64,000 nt of DNA. It comes from Elusimicrobia bacterium GWF2_62_30 (GTDB lineage Bacteria; Elusimicrobiota; Elusimicrobia; Elusimicrobiales; UBA9959). The position numbers and the translations under genes are program-made. The stretch lies in the NCBI GenBank assembly GCA_001799995.1, contig MGUK01000070.1:9056-73055 (forward strand). The letters are read 5' to 3'. The notes below the pieces were generated by a model. It did not search any database. It saw nothing but the letters and a program-made list of their open reading frames with translations, and was not told the DNA's origin. Shown here piece after piece: positions 58,344 to 64,000 of this stretch (the first letter of the stretch is position 1; each line of letters begins with the position of its first letter).

Positions 58344-58907
58344 TCAGTCGAGACGCTGGGCCTCCACCCGCCAGCTGGCGGTGGAGATATCCAGCCCGAT
58401 GGTAAAATCCTCGCCGGTGGTCAGGCAGACGTTCACCACCCCGAAAGCCCCCTCGTCCGCGGGGATCATGTCCTTGTTTATGCCCTGCAGGTATTTGGGG
58501 TCAGAAGGCGAGCGCACCTCCATCTTGAACGCGGTCTTTTCCTTTTTTTCCGTGATAGCGACTTTCCAGAGGACCCGCCAGTGCGCGCCTTCCGTCACTT
58601 TCAGTTTAAAGGTCTCCCTGACGGCCGACTCGCCCTTATAGACCGCGATGCTTTTAAAGCGTGAATACGGCTTGTCCGGCTCCAGCTCGTCGGCCATGTC
58701 GTTCATCGCCTTCTGCTTGAAACTCTTGCCGGTAGGCAAGGAACCCCCGCCCTGGTCGGGGATGCCCAGCGGCCAGTCATAAGGGGACATGCCGTTAAAA
58801 GTGGTCGTAGAAGTATCGGCATAAGGAAAACCTTTCCAGCCCTGGGCGTGCGCCGCGCAGGCGAACAGCAGGAGCGACGCCGCGATCAACCAGTTTTTTT
58901 TGTCCAT
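58344..58907 (-). CDS. Secreted protein, unknown function
   Basis: MDKKNWLIAASLLLFACAAHAQG signal peptide, beta-rich remainder, no motif recognised. Confidence 0.5.
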   Translation of the reverse strand: MDKKNWLIAASLLLFACAAHAQGWKGFPYADTSTTTFNGMSPYDWPLGIPDQGGGSLPTGKSFKQKAMNDMADELEPDKPYSRFKSIAVYKGESAVRETFKLKVTEGAHWRVLWKVAITEKKEKTAFKMEVRSPSDPKYLQGINKDMIPADEGAFGVVNVCLTTGEDFTIGLDISTASWRVEAQRLD

Positions 58908-59446
58908 ATGTATACCCCTCCGCGGTATTCCTTCGCGACCAGGCCCATGCGGATAAGCCGCTCGGCCGCCCTGAAAACCTCGCCCTCGTTGGAGCAGGAA
59001 GCGCAGATCTTTATCCCTTTGGCCAGCTTGAGCACCTGCGCGGTGGTGATCTTATTCTTCCGCGCCAGGACCGCCAGCATGCATTTCTCCAGGTCCGTCA
59101 GCGGGCGCGCCGGGGGTTTGAACGCCGCGGCGACGCCCGAATGCGCGGCCGGTATCCCGGCGCAGGCCCCCTGCAGGAAACAGCGCTCTTTCGCCGGGCA
59201 GGGCAGGGAGCGGCGGGAGGCCGACAAGTAGCGGGTATAGCCCGGGAGCAGGCAGGGGGTCACCCCTTCTATACTGAGGCCGGCCCCCTTTTCGATGCAG
59301 AGGTCCGCCGCCTCGCGCAGCAGGTCCAGCCCGCCCGGGGCGGCAAGCAGGGCGCTGTCCGGCACAAGCACGAACTTTTTATCCCCTGAACGCTTCAGGG
59401 CCCTCAGGGCCGCGGGCGCGCCGGCAAGCTTGAATTCCAGTTTCAT
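58886..59446 (-). CDS. Two-domain protein: rSAM-C-terminal-like Cys-rich module + winged-helix domain
   Basis: The ATG at 59446 overlaps the upstream stop (ATGA). GVTPCLLPGY...CPAKERCFLQGACAGIP mimics the C-terminal domain of the HxsC-like rSAMs but lacks the CxxxCxxC core. C-terminus LTDLEKCMLAVLARKNKITTAQVLKLA...ERLIRMGLVAKEYRGGVYIW is wHTH-like. Confidence 0.5.
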   Translation of the reverse strand: MKLEFKLAGAPAALRALKRSGDKKFVLVPDSALLAAPGGLDLLREAADLCIEKGAGLSIEGVTPCLLPGYTRYLSASRRSLPCPAKERCFLQGACAGIPAAHSGVAAAFKPPARPLTDLEKCMLAVLARKNKITTAQVLKLAKGIKICASCSNEGEVFRAAERLIRMGLVAKEYRGGVYIWTKKTG

Positions 59447-60696
59447 CTTTTCCCGCCGGTGCCGGCAAGATAGCCCTCCAGGGCGTCGCAAAAAAGCCGG
59501 ATTTCGCTTTCAGTATTATAGACAAAAAAGGACAGCCGCAACGACTGCTTCACCCCGCGGCTGCGGTGCAGCGGGATGGCGCAATGGTTGCCGCAGCGCG
59601 CGCAGATCACGTGCCCGGGCAGCTCGTTGTTGAGGAAAAGGTTGAAGTCCTGGGCGAAGACGCGCCGGTCCCTGAAAGAGAAGGAAACTATCGGGGAGCC
59701 GGGCAGGTCCGCCGGGCCGAGCAGCTCCACCGCCTCCACGCCGGCAAGGCGGCGCCGGCAGGAGGCCGCCAGCGCGGCCGTGCGCTCCTTTATCAGGCCG
59801 AGCCCGGTCCGGGAAAGGAAGTCTATGGCGGCGCCGAGGCCGATGATCCCGGCGTAGTTCTGGATGCCGGCCTCGAAGCGCCGGCAATCCCCGAAGTAAT
59901 GCGCCTCGGGGAGACCGCCTGCAAGGGTCACGTCGGAAACGGTGCCGCCGCCCACTTTGAAATTCTTCAGCCGGCGCATCAGGTCCGCGCGGCAGTAGAG
60001 CGCCCCTATGCCGGGAGGCGCGCCCAGCTTGTGGCCGGAAAAGGCCAGCATGTCGATGCCGGCGGCGCGCACGTCCTCGCGGCTGGTGGAAAGGTACTGC
60101 GCCGCGTCAGCCAGCACCACCGCGCCGCGGCGGTGCGCTTCGCGCGCCACTTCTTCCACCGGGAAGAACTGCCCGGTCACGTTGGAGGCGCGCGGCAGGC
60201 TCACCAGGGCCGTGCGGGAATTGATAAGCGGGCAGATGCGGTCCGCGTCCAGCTTCCAGCCGCCGTCCAGGCCGGCGATGCGGACCTTGAGGTTCCCGCG
60301 CTTCTGCTCCTCCAGGAAGGGCAGCAGGTTGCTGTGATGGTCGAAAGCGGTCACCACCACCTCGTTCTTCCCCTTCGTGAACGGGAAGCTGCGCGCGGCC
60401 AGGTTGATGCCTTCGGTGGTGTTGGAGGTGAAGATGATCTCCGAAGCGGACGCGGCGTTGACGAAAGCCGCGGTCTTGGCGCGCGCCTCGTGGCACAGCT
60501 CCTCCACGGCCGCGCTCAGCGCGTGGCCGGAGCGCCCCCCCGCGCAGGCGCCCAGCGCCGACAGGTAATGGTTCACCGCCTTGATGACCGGGCGGGGCTT
60601 GAGCACGCTGCAGGCGTTGTCGAGGTAGACGAGTTTCTTGCCGCCCACCTTGCGCGCCAGCGCCGGGAACGATGCCCGTATATCCGTTAATCCCAT
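59443..60696 (-). CDS. Class V aminotransferase-fold cysteine desulfurase (SufS/CsdA-like)
   Basis: YLDNACSVLKP, FSGHKLGAPPGIGALY (PLP Lys), C-terminal ARCGNHCAIPLH (catalytic Cys loop R.G.HCA.P). Confidence 0.8.
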   Translation of the reverse strand: MGLTDIRASFPALARKVGGKKLVYLDNACSVLKPRPVIKAVNHYLSALGACAGGRSGHALSAAVEELCHEARAKTAAFVNAASASEIIFTSNTTEGINLAARSFPFTKGKNEVVVTAFDHHSNLLPFLEEQKRGNLKVRIAGLDGGWKLDADRICPLINSRTALVSLPRASNVTGQFFPVEEVAREAHRRGAVVLADAAQYLSTSREDVRAAGIDMLAFSGHKLGAPPGIGALYCRADLMRRLKNFKVGGGTVSDVTLAGGLPEAHYFGDCRRFEAGIQNYAGIIGLGAAIDFLSRTGLGLIKERTAALAASCRRRLAGVEAVELLGPADLPGSPIVSFSFRDRRVFAQDFNLFLNNELPGHVICARCGNHCAIPLHRSRGVKQSLRLSFFVYNTESEIRLFCDALEGYLAGTGGKR

Positions 60697-60700
60697 ATGG

Positions 60701-61573
60701 TCAGCCCGCCTTTCCCGGCAGCTTGGTTACAGGGCGGATGAACTCCGCCCCCTTGAGCATAGCCACATGTTCCTTGCGCGGGCCGAAGCAGTTCGCCTTG
60801 AGCAGGCAGGGGCGGCAGCCCGGCAGGCGCTTCTTCTCCAGCTTTGAAAGCGAAGTGTCCCAGCCGGCGGCGCACTTGATGAAATCGATGTGCCGGCCGT
60901 AGAAGGGGCCGAGGAAACAGGGCGGGATATGGTCTACCACGGTCTCTATACCGGCCCTGGCGCAAAGCCCCAGTGCTTTGACCAGGTGCGGTGAGACTTT
61001 CGCGTAGGCGGGCAGCAGCCAGGAGTTCTCCTGCGCGGCCCCCATCCCCTTGAGGTAGCTGAACTGTATGTATTTCACGCCGGGGAAATTTTTGGCCGCG
61101 TAGGTTATGAAGGCGGGCAGGCTGCGGTAATTCAGGGAGGAGATGATATGCGTAAGGCGCACCCGCCCCCCGGCCCTGAGCAGGTTCTTCACGCCGGCGG
61201 CGCGCAGCTTCAGCGTGCCCTTGGTGCCGGTGATGCGGTCGTTGCCGGCGCTCTCGTGGGAAGGGAAGTTGATATTGAAAAGTTCCACGCCCAGCCCGAC
61301 GAGCCAGGCGGCTTTTTCGGGATAGCAGGAGGTGAGGGCGTTGGTCTGGAGCTCTATTTTCAGGCCGAGCTTCTTCGCGAACAGCACTATCCGCTCCAGG
61401 TCCGGAGAGAACGTGGTCTCCCCCCCGGAAAGTATCACGGTGCCGGCGCCGGCGGCGGCCTGTCTTTTTATTTCCTTGAGCACCCAGGGCAGGGACGGGG
61501 TATCCCCCCGGCCCTGGGCCGAGCAGAACAGGCAGCGCTGGTTGCAGGCGGTTATCAGCGGTATCAGGGACAT
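60701..61573 (-). CDS. Radical SAM enzyme, HxsC-like paralogue family
   Basis: CNQRCLFC, LSGGETT, C-terminal CRPCLLKANCFGPRKEHVAMLKGAEFIRPV. Confidence 0.85.
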   Translation of the reverse strand: MSLIPLITACNQRCLFCSAQGRGDTPSLPWVLKEIKRQAAAGAGTVILSGGETTFSPDLERIVLFAKKLGLKIELQTNALTSCYPEKAAWLVGLGVELFNINFPSHESAGNDRITGTKGTLKLRAAGVKNLLRAGGRVRLTHIISSLNYRSLPAFITYAAKNFPGVKYIQFSYLKGMGAAQENSWLLPAYAKVSPHLVKALGLCARAGIETVVDHIPPCFLGPFYGRHIDFIKCAAGWDTSLSKLEKKRLPGCRPCLLKANCFGPRKEHVAMLKGAEFIRPVTKLPGKAG

Positions 61574-62493
61574 TTTTCCCCCGTGACCCCGATTATGGGA
61601 TGGCAGACGTTGGGAGAAAGTTTCAGGCGCGGCGCCGACGCCAGCGGAACGAACCCGGCCGCGCCGAAATGCCTGAGGTAGTCCTTGTGGACGCCGAGGC
61701 AGTATTTTTTAACGGCGCAGCGGGAGCAGACCGCCGGGAAGGAGACCTCCTTGCGCGGCAGGGTGCGCCAGGCGTACTTCCAAAGCCCCTGCGGGAGAGT
61801 GCAGAGCGGGAAATGGTACAGCTTCAGTTCGAACGGCGCTTTGCCCCGGGCGCCTTCCAGCCGCGAGAAGAACTTTTCCACGGGCCCGCGGGCCTGGCCG
61901 TACGTCAGGCCGACGGACTTCAGGTTGACCCCGGCGTGGCCCTCCATCTCCATGAAGATGAAGACCAGCGATTTTATGCCCTGGAGCGAGCCGGAGACCA
62001 GCCGGTAAACCCCGTCCAGGTTGCCCAGGCTGAGCCTGGTCAGCACGAACCGCACCTCCACGTCGATGCCGGCGCCCTTGAGCGCCAGGAGGTTCTTGAT
62101 GCCCGCCAGGGCCTGCTTGAAACTGCCGGGAGTGCGCGTGACCCCGTCGTGCGCCGCCGGGGTGTGGCCGCAGAGCGAAACCTGGAATTCAATATTGCCC
62201 AAAGCCGCGCAGCCGGCGGCGAACGCCGGGTAGGAGAACATCCGGCCGTTGGTATCCATCATTATCCTGGCCCGCGGGAGCCGTTTGCGGATGTGGGCGA
62301 GCAGGGGCAGCAGCGCCGGGGAAAGCGACGGCTCCCCCCCGGTCAGGTAGATCTCCGTCTCCCCGGCCTTGATGCGGTTTATCCTGGCCTTAAGGCTGGC
62401 GAGGTCGTACTTCCCGAACCTGTGGTAGTCCGGCGGGTTCGAGCACATGGCGCATTTGTTGTTGCAGCGGTTCCAGACGGGGATACATCTCAT
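61564..62493 (-). CDS. Radical SAM enzyme, HxsC-like paralogue family
   Basis: CNNKCAMC, LTGGEPS, C-terminal CSRCAVKKYCLGVHKDYLRHFGAAGFVP. Overlaps the next rSAM gene by 10 nt. Confidence 0.85.
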   Translation of the reverse strand: MRCIPVWNRCNNKCAMCSNPPDYHRFGKYDLASLKARINRIKAGETEIYLTGGEPSLSPALLPLLAHIRKRLPRARIMMDTNGRMFSYPAFAAGCAALGNIEFQVSLCGHTPAAHDGVTRTPGSFKQALAGIKNLLALKGAGIDVEVRFVLTRLSLGNLDGVYRLVSGSLQGIKSLVFIFMEMEGHAGVNLKSVGLTYGQARGPVEKFFSRLEGARGKAPFELKLYHFPLCTLPQGLWKYAWRTLPRKEVSFPAVCSRCAVKKYCLGVHKDYLRHFGAAGFVPLASAPRLKLSPNVCHPIIGVTGEKCP

Positions 62494-62533
62494 AAAAGCG
62501 AAGGCCCTAGATAAACGCGTGTCACGCGGATAA

Positions 62534-63550
62534 TTATATTATTTTTTTAGCGCCGGGTTTTTTTACCGGCTTGAGCTCGCCGCCCCCGTAGACCCGCAGG
62601 TATTCCTTCCAGATGCCTTCGCAGCCGGCGTAAAGGGCGCAGCCCCGGCACTTGGGCGGCTTGGCGCGGCCCAGTTCCCGGCGGCCCTTGATATAGTCGA
62701 GGCTGACATAGTCCGGTGCCACGTGCTGCACGTTGCGGTAGATCAGGAGCTCGCGGGCTTCGCTGACCTGCAGCGGGTAATAGCCTTCGAAATAACACAG
62801 CGGCACGTAGCGCGCGGACCAGTTGCAGGAGGCCAGGGCGTTGGTGGCCCCCGCCAGGCGCGGGGCGGCGATGTCGAGGCAGTCGCGCATGTACGGGGCG
62901 CAGTCGGAAATGCGCGGCATAAGTTCCTTGAAATTGTCGTGCACGCCGCCATAGCTGGGGTCGGCGAAAATGAACTCGGCGTTATAAAGGCCCAGGCCGG
63001 CTATGAATTTGCCGGTGGCGGGCAGGGAGCGGTAGTTGAGCCGCGTCACGGCGGTGTTGGTGGCTATTATCCCCTTGAAGATCTTCCTGACGTTCTCTAT
63101 GCCCTTGAGCAGCTGGCGGAAGCTGCCTTCCACCCGGGTAAGGGCGTCGTGCACCCGGGCGTCCGGGCCGTGGATGGAGAAGATTATCTCGCTCAGGCCG
63201 CTGTCCACCGCGGCGCGCGCGAAAGCGGGGTAGGAGAAGAGGCGCCCGTTGGTGGCTATGGCCACCCGCTTGAAACCGGAGCGGCGCGCGAAAGCGACGA
63301 GGCGGAAGAAATCGGGGTTGATGGTATTCTCGCCGCCGGCGAACTCCAGGTAGTCGCAGCCCCGGGCCGCGGCTTCCTTTATCTCCAGCCTGAGCTCGAA
63401 GATGGTCTTGGGCTTGATATCCCTTTTGCCGGAATTAATGCAGAAGACGCAGCGGTTGTTGCACTGGTAGCCGGGCACCAGCACGACTTTTTTAAAGGAG
63501 ATCTCATTTGCCATTACAGGTAGCGGGAGGGCGGCGGCGGCGCGGGTCAC
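62534..63550 (-). CDS. Radical SAM enzyme, HxsC-like paralogue family
   Basis: CNNRCVFC, FAGGENT, C-terminal CRGCALYAGCEGIWKEYLRVYGGGELKP. The start is either a GTG at 63550 (GTGA overlap with the upstream stop) or an ATG at 63514. Confidence 0.8.
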   Translation of the reverse strand: MTRAAAALPLPVMANEISFKKVVLVPGYQCNNRCVFCINSGKRDIKPKTIFELRLEIKEAAARGCDYLEFAGGENTINPDFFRLVAFARRSGFKRVAIATNGRLFSYPAFARAAVDSGLSEIIFSIHGPDARVHDALTRVEGSFRQLLKGIENVRKIFKGIIATNTAVTRLNYRSLPATGKFIAGLGLYNAEFIFADPSYGGVHDNFKELMPRISDCAPYMRDCLDIAAPRLAGATNALASCNWSARYVPLCYFEGYYPLQVSEARELLIYRNVQHVAPDYVSLDYIKGRRELGRAKPPKCRGCALYAGCEGIWKEYLRVYGGGELKPVKKPGAKKII

Positions 63551-64000
63551 CTTACCGCGGCGGGCGCGGAGGGCGGCGCGGCTTTAGGCGTCGGCACGTT
63601 CAGGTACCCGGTGGAAGCGGGAGGGAGCGCGGCCGGGCCCAGGTCGCTCAGAGCCTTGAGCCTGATCTGGATATCCGCCTTGATAACCGGGTCCTTGGCC
63701 TTCAGGAGCAGCCCGGTAAGCAATACCGAGGCGCCGCTCTTGTTGCCCTGCTGAAAATAGACGGAAGACAGCGTGGGGCCGAGACATTGGTCGCCGTTGG
63801 GGACTTTCGCCATGCCCGCCTCCAGCGTCCTTGCCGCTTCGTCATATTTCTTCTCCTGGAAATACAGGTCGGCCAGGAGCTGGTAATCGGAACACTGCGG
63901 GTCCAGCCTGATAACCTTCTTGACGGTCTCCTCGGCTTTCCAGTCGTTAAGCCCGCGCTGGATGACGGACATCTGCCGGAGCAGGGTCACGTTGTCGGGA
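63547..64000 (-). CDS. TPR-repeat protein, C-terminal part (ORF remains open to the right window edge)
   Basis: TPR-like DYQLLADLYFQEKKYDEAARTLEAGMAKVP and LSSVYFQQGNKSGA. There is no stop between 63990 and 64000 in frame, so the N-terminus is probably outside the window. Confidence 0.55.
   Translation of the reverse strand, partial: PDNVTLLRQMSVIQRGLNDWKAEETVKKVIRLDPQCSDYQLLADLYFQEKKYDEAARTLEAGMAKVPNGDQCLGPTLSSVYFQQGNKSGASVLLTGLLLKAKDPVIKADIQIRLKALSDLGPAALPPASTGYLNVPTPKAAPPSAPAAVR

Noticed and set aside
1-64000. Alternative genetic code (for example UGA reassignment) or selenocysteine recoding in the rSAM/nitrogenase-like genes
   Set aside because: TGA is used repeatedly as a functional stop in conserved ATGA/TGATG coupling junctions, and no well-supported gene needs read-through of an in-frame stop.

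Overview
GC-rich bacterial window, almost entirely coding. I saw no rRNA, tRNA or CRISPR. All function calls come from reading motifs by eye in the supplied translations plus a few hand translations; no searches were run.

Left ~9 kb (all minus strand):
- the 5' end of ileS
- a tightly coupled four-gene module: motA, a FliF-like/FliG-like fusion, a coiled-coil protein and motB
- a histidine kinase plus a stand-alone CheY-like receiver
- a PorV-like barrel-TPR protein
- an IS200/RayT-type Y1 transposase bracketed by a perfect 17-bp inverted repeat

From ~10.6 kb to the right edge the window is one very large accessory region. It contains:
- 15 radical SAM (rSAM) genes: 3 B12-binding, 2 SPASM-like, and 10 members of one HxsC-like paralogue family that share a C-terminal CxxCx5CxG motif
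- two diverged copies of a nitrogenase-like cassette, in which a NifH/BchL-type ATPase is fused in one polypeptide to a NifD/BchN-type domain, followed by a NifK/N-type partner and an rSAM gene
- three peptidase-U32 (UbiU/UbiV-like) gene pairs
- five SGNH-TPR proteins
- GT2 and polytopic membrane proteins
- a carbamoyltransferase trio
- a SAM methyltransferase, a DUF2284-like metal-binding protein, a cysteine desulfurase and an A24 aspartic peptidase
- a complete His-Xaa-Ser (HxsA-D) system whose precursor carries 27 consecutive H-x-S triplets

The best candidate for a novel system is the nitrogenase-like reductase plus rSAM plus U32 anaerobic tailoring machinery. It may build a tetrapyrrole-like or peptide-derived cofactor, and it is physically merged with the Hxs peptide system.
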